Of a stretch of DNA of 64,000 nt, positions 1 to 11,900 are shown piece by piece. This stretch comes from Eledone cirrhosa (Eukaryota), in the NCBI GenBank assembly GCA_964016885.1, contig OZ024747.1, forward strand, positions 67,704,001 through 67,768,000. Reading direction: 5' to 3'. The position numbers were made by a program, and so were the translations under genes. Positions within the stretch are counted from its first letter, which is position 1. Every line of letters begins with the position of its first letter. The notes below the pieces were generated by a model. That model had not been told where the DNA came from, did no database searches, and worked only from the letters and a program-made list of their open reading frames with translations.

Positions 1-780
1 ATTTCGCATCGACGCTGGTTCAGGCTTTCTGTTTGTATCTTGATTGCGTGGTTTTAGATGTGTGTTATATGATAGCAATGTGGCAGCTGAAACATATAAC
101 AAAATATTAAGCGTTTCAAATGTCGTTTCTACACCTTTAGATCGTATAGCCTTCAGATAATTGCCAGCTATTTCGTTCACCGCTTCCAATTCCAATTTAG
201 TGGGTTCTTTACTGATTCTGGTGTTGTATGGTCTGTCACTCACATTAAGGCTGTGTATCTCTTGAAACATATCGTTCCATATCACTTGTAAGGTGTCCAC
301 AAGTTTTTGGTGTTCTGTTTGTTCAGTAGAGTCATGAATTTCAGCCTCGTTGTTGATGTGGTGACAATTACTACTAGAGTTAGCTGACCTTGCTCGCTGT
401 TCTTCAGTGGAAGTGGGATGGATTTCAGCAAAATTGTTGGTGAGCTGTTCACTGTTAGATTTAGCTGGCCATTCTCTTTGTCTGTCAGTGGAGGTGGGGT
501 GGTTGTCTACAAGGGCTGTATTTGTAGTATCACTCAATTCCGTTAGATGTATCAATTTACATCTAATGATACGTTTTGCCTGTTCATTTAAATGCTTTGG
601 AGAAAAGTCTAATTCTGGGTGTTTGGAGTTCCATAAAGTTTTTAGCCTTTGCATAAAACCGAACTTTTGGGGTTCAGATTGTTTGTATGCTTCATATAAT
701 TCTTTGTTAAGCTCGTAGCTCCACTGTATACAACGGTTGTAGTTGCGATTTGGTCGAAGGAGACTTGTACTTTTTGCCAT
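1..780 (-). CDS. N-terminal 260 aa of an R4/Dong-like non-LTR retrotransposon ORF, running off the window
   Basis: Manual translation from ATG at 780 is stop-free to position 1: MAKSTSLLRPNRNYNRCIQWSYELNKELYEAYKQSEPQKFGFMQRLKTLWNSKHPELDFSPKHLNEQAKRII...LNILLYVSAATL. The W..E.N..L...Y...G...R...LW...HP......L..Q...I and N..LY..A patterns match R4/Dong N-termini. Absent from the ORF track because it has no stop. Confidence 0.7.
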   Translation of the reverse strand, partial: MAKSTSLLRPNRNYNRCIQWSYELNKELYEAYKQSEPQKFGFMQRLKTLWNSKHPELDFSPKHLNEQAKRIIRCKLIHLTELSDTTNTALVDNHPTSTDRQREWPAKSNSEQLTNNFAEIHPTSTEEQRARSANSSSNCHHINNEAEIHDSTEQTEHQKLVDTLQVIWNDMFQEIHSLNVSDRPYNTRISKEPTKLELEAVNEIAGNYLKAIRSKGVETTFETLNILLYVSAATLLSYNTHLKPRNQDTNRKPEPASMRN

Positions 781-984
781 GATGAGTTCGTCTATTCACT
801 AATATTTCGTATTTATTTTTTCAAAATAGTCGATGATCTTTAAAAGTTTCGACAAAGTTCTGCCAGAATCAAATTTAAAGTTATTCACAGCTTGGGTAAT
901 ATTTCTTTTCAGTTAGTTTTTAATTCTACAACTGTGTTTTAAACGTTGTTCTTGAATCGTTTGCATCGAGTACAAAAAGAACCG

Positions 985-1280
985 TTACTTAGTATATTTC
1001 TTTATGAATGTAATATAATATAACAACGCTGTATTTATATGTTAAAGTTTATGTATCATTCATATAAATAGGTGTTCTACAACATATTCACAACATTCAC
1101 AGTTCAAACACTTATATTTTTGTTTCTGAATCGAAAACGTTACTTTTATATTTCTTTATAAATGTAATATAACAACGTTGCATTTATATGTTAAAGTGTA
1201 TGTATCGTTCATATATCATAAGTGTATGTATCGTTCATATAAATAGGTGTTTTACAACACACTTACAGTTCAAACACTTA
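985..1280. repeat. Imperfect tandem duplication (~150 bp x2) upstream of the R4/Dong-like ORF
   Basis: cgttactt...tatttctttat..atgtaatataa...ataaataggtgtt...acagttcaaacactta occurs at ~985-1115 and ~1138-1280. Confidence 0.75.
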
Positions 1281-1374
1281 TGTAGAATTATGTATGTATG
1301 TATGTATATATGTATGTATATATGTATATACATACATATATACATATATACATATATACATATATACATATTAT

Positions 1375-1955
1375 GTCAGGTCACCAGTTGGTGCTACTGG
1401 TAACATGTATCCCAGTACAACCTGTCTCATGGTCGGGTCGTTGGCGACTAAACTGGCAACAAGGTTTCTTGGTGAGGCGGGTGACTTTGGATATCCTGCA
1501 GGACTAAAAACAAAACCTGTCAAAGGGTAAAGGACCTCTTAAGAGTCAATGGCCATCCAAAATCACCGGGAGAGATGACCCCTTAGCCTTTGTCAAGGCA
1601 GAATTCTAGGAGAAGGAAAACCCTGATGGTATCCAATGATGTTGACTTGTTCTTCTTTTTGGTAAATATCATCTGGTCAAGAGAGTGGGACTGGCTTTGT
1701 GCAGTGCCTTTGCTCACTATAAAAGCTTCATGGCACAGGCATTGCTTTATATCTGGAGATCTCTCTGCACTTGTCGTCACATGGTACCATGGGCCCAGCA
1801 CTATGGGACAATAATTGTCACAAGTGTAGTGTTTGTACCAGAGTTTTCAAGTCGCTGGGTGGATTAAAAAGTCACACTCGTTCAGCGCATCGGTAGGGGT
1901 TCTCCTACATTGATATAAAGTAGTGGCCGTACTCGAAAACGAGTTGGCAGCCACC

Positions 1956-1957
<2 letters not shown>
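1375..1957 (+). mobile_element. Non-coding retroposon resembling an RTE LINE 5' region
   Basis: Contains gttggcgactaaactggcaac and gacccct..gcctttgtc...ctaggagaaggaaaaccctga, and ends ggcagccaccat before (TA)n. Homologous to 16106-16424 (-). Confidence 0.5.
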
Positions 1958-2320
<363 letters not shown>

Positions 2321-3165
2321 ACAAATTTTAGTACTGCATCAACGAAGCTTTTGGTGGCGGCCAAGCTAACGAATGCAGATTCGGAATGCAGCTTAGCACT
2401 CGATGGAGAATATTACCCCAGAGTTATAACAATACGTTTAGACAGCTTTGCAAATCAAATATAGCGACCGGTAGTCTGGCCGTATTGCCATAGTAACGAA
2501 AAAAACTGAACTCAGGAAAATATTTCGATATATTGTTATACTTGGGGAGGGTCATATTGTTGTAATAACAGAACACACTCACTGTTTGGTTGGTTTTCGC
2601 TTCTGTATCTTTTATATCAGTTAATTTATTCGGTCCTCAATGTTTACCATTGACTGACCAACGGTCAAAAATACAGATATAATATAGATATAAACACATA
2701 TATATAGTCTAACAAAGTTCTTTCGTTGCACATCTGCAACATCATCAGTGGTGCTATTATGTTTCCTCCTGTTGTATTGTGTGTCTACGCCATCTTTATT
2801 TAAGCTGTTTATTTATTTTTTCTTCTTCTTCTCTGCGTGTGTGTATTGTGTTTGATGTGTGTTCGCGTTTGGGTGACTGTGTTTTTGTTATTGCATTCTA
2901 TCTTAGTTTACTAGTGTGTGTTTATATGTGCTTGTTGTTATTGTGCTTGTGTATATATTTATTTATTTATTTATATTTCTCTTAGGTCAGTATTGTTTGT
3001 TTGGATGTTGTTGTTATTCCATTCATTTTTTCTGTTTAGCTTTGGCCTTCTAAGTTCTATTTCACTGGCCTCTCTGTATATATGTATATATATTTATCTA
3101 TATGTATAGATATATATCTATATGTGTGTGTGTGTGTGTGTGAGCGTGCGCATATATGTACACAG

Positions 3166-3196
<31 letters not shown>

Positions 3197-3246
3197 GAGC
3201 GACAGTAAACAAAGCAAGGATTCACATTAAGGTTTTTATTGATTAT

Positions 3247-3337
3247 ACACAGTTACTATCGTTTCACAGATGAGTGGCTCATAATCTATATAAATGATAT
3301 AAACCCGATTTCAGTCCGATCTGCTCATCAGACTTGT
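3247..3337 (-). ncRNA. Type I hammerhead ribozyme motif, canonical core, long stem II insertion
   Basis: Minus strand: ACAAGT CTGATGA GCAGAT-(~48 nt)-ATCTGT GAAAC GATA GTA ACT(G)TGT. Confidence 0.7.
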
Positions 3338-3393
3338 TAATCAAGCAAAGCCAAAATCTCAGCTAAAGCACAAATCTACTGAACCACATATCA

Positions 3394-3436
<43 letters not shown>

Positions 3437-3508
3437 AGAGGGAGAAAGAGACGATTATGAGGAAGAAAAAATGTTTTTTTCCCCTTTTTTTGTCCCTCTC
3501 TCTCTTTT

Positions 3509-3582
<74 letters not shown>

Positions 3583-3936
3583 TATAGGTATTTTATAATA
3601 TTATAGGTTGATAAAAAACACAACTCGGCTCCAGATTACATGTACAGAGTTAGCCCCATCAGTAAGTGTTTGCTGTTATTTTTATTCCTATGAATCTACA
3701 ACCCACCATCTATCTATTTATCTATCGATGCAAATGCCTTAACAATATCCTACAAAACGTGGTTCTGTCTTTGCGTGTAATTGTTTTTCACCGCTCCTAT
3801 TAATGACGTATTATATTCGTTTTTCCCGTTCTTTGCCAAGGAACGTTTCCACAAACCAAAGTATCGTTTTCCTGTCTTCCTACGGTTGCAACGTTTTTTG
3901 AAATATCCACATCTGCGTTTACAGATTGACTTTGTT

Positions 3937-3987
3937 AGTTTCAGAAGATCCCGTTAAGAGTGAAAGCAGCGATTCTTTGCTTAAACT
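3937..3987 (+). ncRNA. Degenerate type I hammerhead ribozyme (U4A core mutation)
   Basis: AGTTT CAGAAGA T CCC GTTAA GAG T GAAA GCA-9nt-TGC TT AAACT. Stems I and III are intact. The downstream tail (atctgtcattttaataaatatttgctctatggttcttata) recurs at ~53582-53622. Confidence 0.55.
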
Positions 3988-4978
3988 TTAATCTGTCATT
4001 TTAATAAATATTTGCTCTATGGTTCTTATATATTTGATATATATTTATCCTTATCGAGCCCTCTTTGGATTTTAGTCTTTGCTGGCCTTGTGCCTATATA
4101 AGAAACCATTATTACTATATATATATATAGCAGCTGGCTTAGACCCCGGATACTTTCCCCCTTTTTCCGACCGCTCCCACTATTCTCTGTGCCCTCTATA
4201 TTTCTTAGTGGCACATGCCTTATTTTTTCGTTTCAGTATTTCTTGCTTCGCTCTTCTTCTGGGCGGGGTGGATTCTGAATTTATTTCTCCGTATTCTACC
4301 TTTATTTCGTACGAACTTTCATGTAGCTTGTTTTAGATCTTTTAGAGTTAGCATTAGTATATATTTTTCTCGGGACTCAGAATTATTATCTCGTACAAGT
4401 TCACTTTGCTGCACTGGGTCGTTGCTGGCCCGGGATGGAAACCTTTATTGTTTATTTCGTGGTAGTCTCTTTAGTATTTTGGCCCCTTTTGTTGACCCGT
4501 CACCGTATCATTTACGTACTTATACCTCTTAAAAGGGTCCTTGCCTTATCCGTCCCACCTAGTTCTCTTACTTATTTCCTTATTTATTCATTTATTTATT
4601 TTTTTACTTCTTTCTTTCTTTCTTTATTTTATTCTCGCCTAACAATAGCCTGACACCTAGGTCGTAGAATTTAATTTACTTTACTTTTCTTTACACTTAT
4701 TTGCCTTTCTTCACTCTCAGTATTTTTTTTTTTTTTTTCTTTCCTATTTCTACCCCCCATTGTTCTACCTACCGTTCCGACTTCCTCCCCCTCCCCCTCC
4801 CCTGTATCTTCTTTGACCTCATGCCCAGCTGTAGCTGGCACTACCAACGCTTGATTGGGTCTACTCCACCCCTCCCCTCTTTCTCCTACTGGCAGGTTTA
4901 GCCACCATCTCCCCTACTAATTTGCAACCACAGAATTACTACTGATTTTTGACAATCACTTTGACCATATATGGAATT

Positions 4979-5072
4979 ACCCCTTGAGAAGATCGGCTAT
5001 TTAAATACCAGGATAAATTTTCATTTAGTCCAGAATTAGCCGTCGAAACGGCTTGAGCTCAGCTGTCGGGGT
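4979..5072 (+). ncRNA. Type I hammerhead ribozyme, U3-A8 variant core
   Basis: ACCCC TTGAGAA GA(T)CGGCTA...TAGCCGTC GAA ACGGCT-TGAGCTC-AGCTGT C GGGGT. GUC triplet at 5065-5067. Confidence 0.75.
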
Positions 5073-5163
5073 CTTACTGGTTCCTATTACCCACTCTACT
5101 ACCTCAAGTATTGAGTACTTTGGTGCGTTATGGTCCACCTGGTTCCTTACCACATTTCCTTCG

Positions 5164-5225
<62 letters not shown>

Positions 5226-5382
5226 ATATATGCATATATACGTACATGTGTGTGCATTTACTTGTTAGAACTAAAGGAATGACACTAAATTTTAACTTGA
5301 GTAAATCTTTTATTTCAATAAGCGTCGAAGTAAACAATTGTAAACAGGTTTTTGTACATATATATATTCTATATATGATATA

Positions 5383-5474
<92 letters not shown>

Positions 5475-5565
5475 ACACACATACACATCGGTCATTACCC
5501 TATCTGCCTATCGTTACCGTGTGGAACTAATGGAACTAAATATCCAACTCATTTCCTTTTGTATT

Positions 5566-5610
<45 letters not shown>

Positions 5611-5761
5611 ATGTGTGCGTTTATGATCGTGTGTGGGTTTGTGAGTAAGAGAGTATGTGCATGTTCTTTTTATGTCCATTTTTTAGTTTCGCTGCGTAAT
5701 TCTTTTGCAGCTTGTTTTCAAATGACAACACTGAAGACTTCAGCATGCACCCCCCCCCCCC

Positions 5762-5818
<57 letters not shown>

Positions 5819-5819
5819 G

Positions 5820-6060
5820 ATATATTAATAAATGGAAACTATATTTATAAAACCATATTTATTTCATTATATATATTTCAAGGACACCAAAGCAAAATAT
5901 GGTGCGCTTTCATCAGATAAAATATAATATAGATCAGTTTTATAAACAAATATTGACATGCCCTTAAAAGAGTGCGACCATATTTTGCTTTGGTGTCCTT
6001 GAAATATGTATAATGAAATAAATATGGTTTTATAAATATAGTTTCCATTTATTAATATAT
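5820..6060. repeat. ~85-bp inverted repeat (5820-5903 / 5977-6060), PLE pseudo-LTR-like inversion between (TA)n tracts
   Basis: tatattaataaatggaaactatatttataaaaccatatttatttcattatatatatttcaaggacaccaaagcaaaatatggt and its near-exact reverse complement. Confidence 0.9.
5860..5924 (-). ncRNA. Type I hammerhead ribozyme, canonical core, palindromic stem III
   Basis: Minus strand: TATTTTAT CTGATGA AAGCGCACCA-10nt-TGGTGTCCTT GAA ATATATAT A ATGAAATA. Confidence 0.75.
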
Positions 6061-6149
6061 TGTATTTTTACTCCAAAAATTTGTTGAGTGCTTTATGTCA
6101 GTTATAAAAATATTTGCTTGTTATATCCCAACAAATTAAATATAACTTC

Positions 6150-6239
<90 letters not shown>

Positions 6240-6336
6240 CTGGACCGGCAATCGCTTTGTATAATCAGTTCCTGATTATTACTGGAATTCTATAAGAATC
6301 CAACACCTATAATTTTTAACAGGCATCGGCGAGTAC

Positions 6337-6382
6337 TAAGCTCTGATGATTACCAACAGTATGAAACAGATCTGTCAGCTTA
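6337..6382 (+). ncRNA. Minimal type I hammerhead ribozyme, canonical core
   Basis: TAAGCT CTGATGA T TAC CAACA GTA T GAA ACAGATCTGT C AGCTTA: 6-bp stem I, perfect 10-nt palindromic stem III, GUC triplet at 6374-6376. Confidence 0.85.
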
Positions 6383-6455
6383 TCTCCCTCTGTTTGTTGA
6401 AAAAAGAGGTAAGTGACATAGTCACTACTTTAAAATAATAGCGCAAGTCTTCAAA

Positions 6456-6506
<51 letters not shown>

Positions 6507-6507
<1 letters not shown>

Positions 6508-7397
6508 TAGCATTAAAGCCCGGCGTTGCTCGGGGTCATTAAGTTACCAAAGTTAGGTTGCACCACCCATTTTATGGCAGCACTTTTTTGTCTGCCAGGC
6601 ACTGGGTGAATGAATTGCAGACCTGGAAGCAGGAGCTGCGCCAGCAGTGACAATTGTAGTTTCGCCTATGGATATTATCTCTGTGCAAAAAAGTGTTGAA
6701 ATTTATTGTTTCACAGTACTTGTGCAACACGCGCGTAGACGATGCCAGCCGAACAACAGAGCTGCGATGGAGTTGTTCTGCATGGTTGTCTGTGTGTTTT
6801 CTAAATTTAAGACAGTAGGGAGGTTTGTGATATAAGGGAGAGTTAGCTGTTGTTTCTAGCAGGTTTAGTGACCTCATAGAGGATATGTGTTTTCTAAATT
6901 TAAGACAGTAGGGCGTGGTGTGATATGGGGGAGAGTTAGCTGCTGTTTCTAGCAGATTTAGTGACCTCATAGAAGATATGTTTTCTAAATTTAAGACAGT
7001 AGGGAGGGGTGTGATATGGGGGAGAGTTAGATGCTGTTTCTAGCAGGTTTAGTAACCTCATAGAGGATATGTGTTTTCTAAATTTAAGACAGTAGGGAAT
7101 GGTGTGAACGGACAGTATCACCATCAAGCTTGGAAAGAGAAAGTAGCAGGAAGTATGAAGTTGTATAGATTTTGAATGGTAGTAGAAAGAGTTCAGCAGT
7201 TTAAATGAGAGAGAAAAATCGTAAAATATTGAGTTTTATCTATTTTTTGCGTAATTGTGGGTGAAATTAAAAAAATTAGCTGCGTCAAGACGCAATCGAA
7301 GCTATTTCGAATACTGAATTGTAAATTTCAATTGAAGAAATTCTATATCGTAGATTTCTATAACGAAGGAGCATGACCACACACTGAGCTTTATAGA
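6507..7397 (-). mobile_element. Non-autonomous Helitron
   Basis: Minus strand 5' A|TCTATAAAG and 3' CCCG-AGCAACGC-CGGG hairpin followed by CTAG|T, with no TSD. A decayed IGETTIV...KKCCHK stretch near 6570-6670 may be a Rep remnant. Confidence 0.75.
6793..7106. repeat. ~93-bp tandem repeat, ~3.4 copies, inside the Helitron
   Basis: tgtgttttctaaatttaagacagtaggg recurs at ~6793, 6886, 6977 and 7070. Confidence 0.9.
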
Positions 7398-7550
7398 TTA
7401 TGATATATAATAACTAGAAATTGATTAACATATAAATAAACATGAATAATCACAGGAGATAATTTTTACAAGTGTGTAAGCACACATAGCTAGGAAGGTA
7501 AATAAAGTTAACCAGAACTTCAAAAATAGATACCTTATAATATGATTAAC

Positions 7551-7643
7551 CTTCCCTGTATATATTCCATTAAAGAAATATATTTCACCAATTAATCGAA
7601 TGGTAAACCATGGAGGCCGGTACTTGGATTTTCAACAAGGAAG
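7551..7643 (-). ncRNA. Type I hammerhead ribozyme, U3-A8 core (paralog of 8209-8306)
   Basis: Minus strand: CTTCCTTG TTGAAAA T CCAA...TTGG T GAA ATATATTTC TTTAAT GGAATATAT A CAGGGAAG. Confidence 0.72.
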
Positions 7644-8208
7644 AAGTCCAGCGATCTATGTTTACACTTCAAGTTCAAATCAGCGACTGGCCAGCAACAC
7701 GTGCTGTATCTACTAGAAATACACACATCATACCAGCTTCTTCACATTGGCGTGAATAGGGTTATCGACAACTAGAAACAGCAGTCAAATCCTTTCAACA
7801 GAGTTCTGGCATGACACCCATAATTTTGATTATCTTAATTTTGGATATATATATATATATATATATATATAACTAGGAATTGATCAACATATATATAAAT
7901 AAATATAAACATGAAAAAATCACAGGAGATAATTTTTACAAGCGTGTAACCACGCATGGCTAGTAGGTAACAAATAAATAAAGTTACTAGAACTTCAAAA
8001 ATATATACCTTTTAATGAATATAGATATATAATACTGCTCCTTAATTGTAGAGCTAACTCTGTTGAAGGGAATTGACTGCTATTTCTAGTTGTCGAATAC
8101 CTATTCACGCCACTGAAACGAAGCCGCTGTGATGAGTAATATCAACACGTGGTAGCGGCCAGTTTAAGATTTTGACTCGAAGTGTAAACATGGATCGCTT
8201 GATATTGT

Positions 8209-8306
8209 TCTTCCTTGTTGATAATCCAATAATATCCACTTTCCGTGACTTACCATCTGATTAATTGGTGAAATATATTTCTTTAATGAAATATATACAG
8301 GGAAGA
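8209..8306 (+). ncRNA. Type I hammerhead ribozyme, U3-A8 core
   Basis: TCTTCCTTG TTGATAA T CCAAT...ATTGG T GAA ATATATTTC TTTAAT GAAATATAT A CAGGGAAGA: 9-bp stem I, 9-bp stem III, predicted cut after 8297. Confidence 0.78.
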
Positions 8307-8646
8307 TTAATCATTAAAAGGTATATATTTTTGAAGTTCTAGCTAACTTTATTTATTTGTTACCTACTAGCCATGCGTGGTTACACGCTTGTAAAAATTA
8401 TCTCCTGTGATTTTTCATGTTTATATTTATTTATATATATGTTGATCAATTCCTAGTTATTAAAATGCTCGTACTTACAAAATCCTAGGGCTTATTTTCC
8501 GGGCGATATGGCGCATTCCGTTAAGGAATGACACCCATAATTTCGATTCTGATTGAATTCTTTTAATCTATCTTAATTTTGGATATATATATATATACAT
8601 GTATATATATATACATGTATATATATATACATGTATATATATATAC

Positions 8647-8719
<73 letters not shown>

Positions 8720-8985
8720 TAGATTTCTTTTATTTGCCACTAGGGCATCAAAAGTGGGACAAGTACAAAGGAGGGAGTTTACACAAAAAGGCGTCCTCAA
8801 TAAGGAGGAGGCAATAACAAAATATAAAAATAAAATAAGATATAACAAAAAATAAAATTTTTAACAAAATCCTCAATAGAGAGGAGGCGCCTTGGGGGGT
8901 CGCACACACCCCCGAAAAAAGTGTGCAACCCTTCTCCTCAGGAGCACAGAGAAGGGGTGCTCCCTTGGTCTTTCATCTTCCTCAC

Positions 8986-11900
8986 CTATAGTCTGATGTA
9001 GAGTGAAGGCCCATTCACACGGGCCATTCTCGCCACTTTCACCCATCTTTCATAGAAACGGCTGGGGTGCAGCACCTCTCTCTCCATCCTGATCCTTCTT
9101 CCGAAATGATATCGGAAGAAACGGACCAGTTGTTGGCCAGAGAGAAAGGTGCCCGACCTCAGTCCTTTCAGACGCGTCCACCATACAACCTCTTTCGCCA
9201 TGGCTATTACGCACAGAAACACCGCCTCTGCTTCATCTTTGAAGGGGGGAGGCGGCTTGATCATTACAATAGACTCGGTGGTCAACCGGATCGGTCCCAC
9301 CCTTGACAGCAGTTGTTCGACATAGCCCCACAGATCGGCTACGCCCGAGCAGTGTACTAATGCGTGTGCAACGGTTTCCTCGTCGCACACGCATCTGGGA
9401 CAGATCTTTTTGGCGGGGTCCCTACCCGGGCGCCCGTGTCTGTAGAGCCTTTCTCGAACGGGTAAAGCCCCTCGGTAGCACTGCCAGGCCAGGGACTTCT
9501 GGAAGTTGTCCATAGGTCCCGGGCTGAATGTCCTACCGAACAGGCTGGCCAGTTCGTCCTCCTCCATGTCTAGGGCTTCTCCGAGGGCGTCGTCGCACCT
9601 GCTGCGCACCAGCCCTCTATAGAATGTTGCGGTGGAGTCTCCACTGATAACCGGATCCGCCTGCCAGAGGGCGGTGAGCGCCTGGGCACACTCAGTGTGC
9701 CAGGCGCCCAGTTTTCTCGGTCTTTGCTTGACCCAGGATTGCAGCTCGGTGAGTGAGACGAGTCTGGGAAAGGTTCGTCTCACAAACGAGGCCCACACCG
9801 GTTGTCCGGTGAGGAATACGTAGAGGTGCCGTAGCCTTAATGCGTGTTTACGCATCATTAGCCACGGCATCCCCAGCCCTCCTTTCGAAGGGTGTTGACA
9901 GCAGATGGATCTCCTCACCATAGGAGCCCGCCTCTTCCAAAGGAATTGGAAGAGCGCGCGCTCCATCTTGGTGAGGGTTTCCCTTGGGCAGGGCACTACG
10001 GTCAGGCGGTAGTAGATGACGGACGCTATGTAGGTGTTCGCCACCTCCGCCCGACCTTTCAGGGATAGTTTGCAACTGGCCCACTTCTGGGTCAGTGCAA
10101 ACACCCTGTTCGTAACCTCCGCCCAGTTTTTCTCCACCTGGAGGTCCGGTCCGAACCAGACCCCGAGCAACTTCACCGGGCCCTCCGTCCAGCGTCCGAC
10201 GACGCTATCGGAGGGCATCGGTCTGCCCCTCCACGTGCCGAGTTGCAAACCGATCGACTTGTCCCGGTTCAGCTTAGCCCCTGTGAACTTTTCGTACTCC
10301 TCCAGTAAGGTGCCGACCGCCTCGATTTCGGAGGCCGTCGACACCATTACTGTCACGTCATCGGCGTAGGCCGACACCGCTTTCCGCAATCCCGGTTCCA
10401 AAGGGATGCCCTGCAACAACTCCAACTTCCGCAGTAGTGGCTCGAGAGTCAACACATACAGAAGGGAGGAGAGAGGGCACCCTTGTCGGATGGACCGCGC
10501 GATTTTGAACGGCTCCGAGAGGTAGCCGTTCACCTTGACCCTAGAGCAGATGCGGCTGCTGTGCATAGCAGTGATCCAGCCCCTGAAAACGGGTCCGAAG
10601 CCTGCCGCCGCTAGCACCGCATCCAGGTAACCATGGTCGACCCTATCGAACGCCTTAGATTGATCCAAGTTGATCAGAGCCCCACCAAAGCCCGGTTCGT
10701 TCCCAACCCTCTCTATGATGTATCGCATGAGGTGGAGGTTGTCATGGATGGACCTGGACGGGATAGCGCATGTCTGCGCATCTCCCACCAAGTTGCCCAC
10801 GACAAGCGCTAACCTCTTTGCTAGCACCTTGGCCAAAATCTGTAACTCTGTATTTAGCAGTGTTATGGGCCTGAAGTTACTTATTTCGTCCCCCTTGTTC
10901 TCGTCCTTCCTCACTAGCGTGACTACTCCCTTGGTCACAGTACAGGGAATTCTCCCGTTCTGTTGCCAGTTGCAGTAGACCGCCTCGAGGAGATCGGGGA
11001 ACAAGTCCGGCATAGCTAGATATAATTCGTAAGGAAGACCATCGAGACCCGGGGATTTGCGTTTGCCGCATTGGCTCAGCACGTCCTCTATCTCAGCGGC
11101 CGAAATCGGCTCCTCGCAGGACTTCGCCTCCCTGTCCGAGAGGCGCGGCAGGCCGTCGAGGTATGGACCGAAGTCCACGTTCCCAACCGGCTCCCCGCCC
11201 CTCCCGAACAGTCGGGCAAAGTGCCTTTGAAAGGCCTCACACATCTGCTTAGGCTCAAGAATCGCCCGTCCATCCAGGTCTCGCAAAGACCGGATGGTGG
11301 ATTTAGTTCCACTGTTGGCCTCTGTCACGCGGGCCCAGCTAACAGCTTTGGTCCCCTCGTTCCCTAGAGCACGTATTTTACTTCGGACAACGCAGCCTTC
11401 GTGCTTCGCGTCGAAAAACTGGCTCAAAGCCGTTCTCGACGCTAGCACTCTGGCCACGTCGCCGCTTCTAATTGCCTCTTCTACTCTATCTATTAGCTCC
11501 CTTTCCTTCCTATTCCTATCCGCAGCTAGAACCTTACTAAATTCTATCGAGACTACTCTAATCTCTCTCTTTAGAGATACCCACCACCTGCTGTTGACGA
11601 TCGCTCCAGTCAACCGTTCCTTAACTAACGTACTAATCCGATTCCTGTAGGCTCTACTTGCCGGCAAGGACAAGTTGAGCTTCCAGTAACCGGGGCCCTG
11701 TCTATGAGTTCTGTCAAGGTTGACCATGCAGGTCCCTAATTTGTGGTCTGAATAGCCAACAATGCGCATTTTTGGACAACTTAAAAAGTCCTTATCCTTA
11801 ATTCTAACTAAGAACCTATCTAGATACGACCTAGATGATCCGCTACGATTTGCCCAAGTCCAGGTTGGCGCAGTCGGAAAATCTAGTCGATATCTATCGG

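Larger units (their letters stand above)
7411..8585. mobile_element. Two copies of a non-coding pseudo-LTR-like element in complex inverted arrangement
   Basis: 7411-7805 is a diverged reverse complement of ~8056-8459. 7871-8017 is a near-identical reverse complement of ~8311-8458. Both blocks end ...atgacacccataatt...tatcttaattttgga(TA)n. Confidence 0.75.

Noticed and set aside
3700-3930. Possible decayed GIY-YIG fragment on the minus strand (KTGKRYFGL)
   Set aside because: Too short and frameshifted to call, though compatible with the adjacent HHR at 3937.
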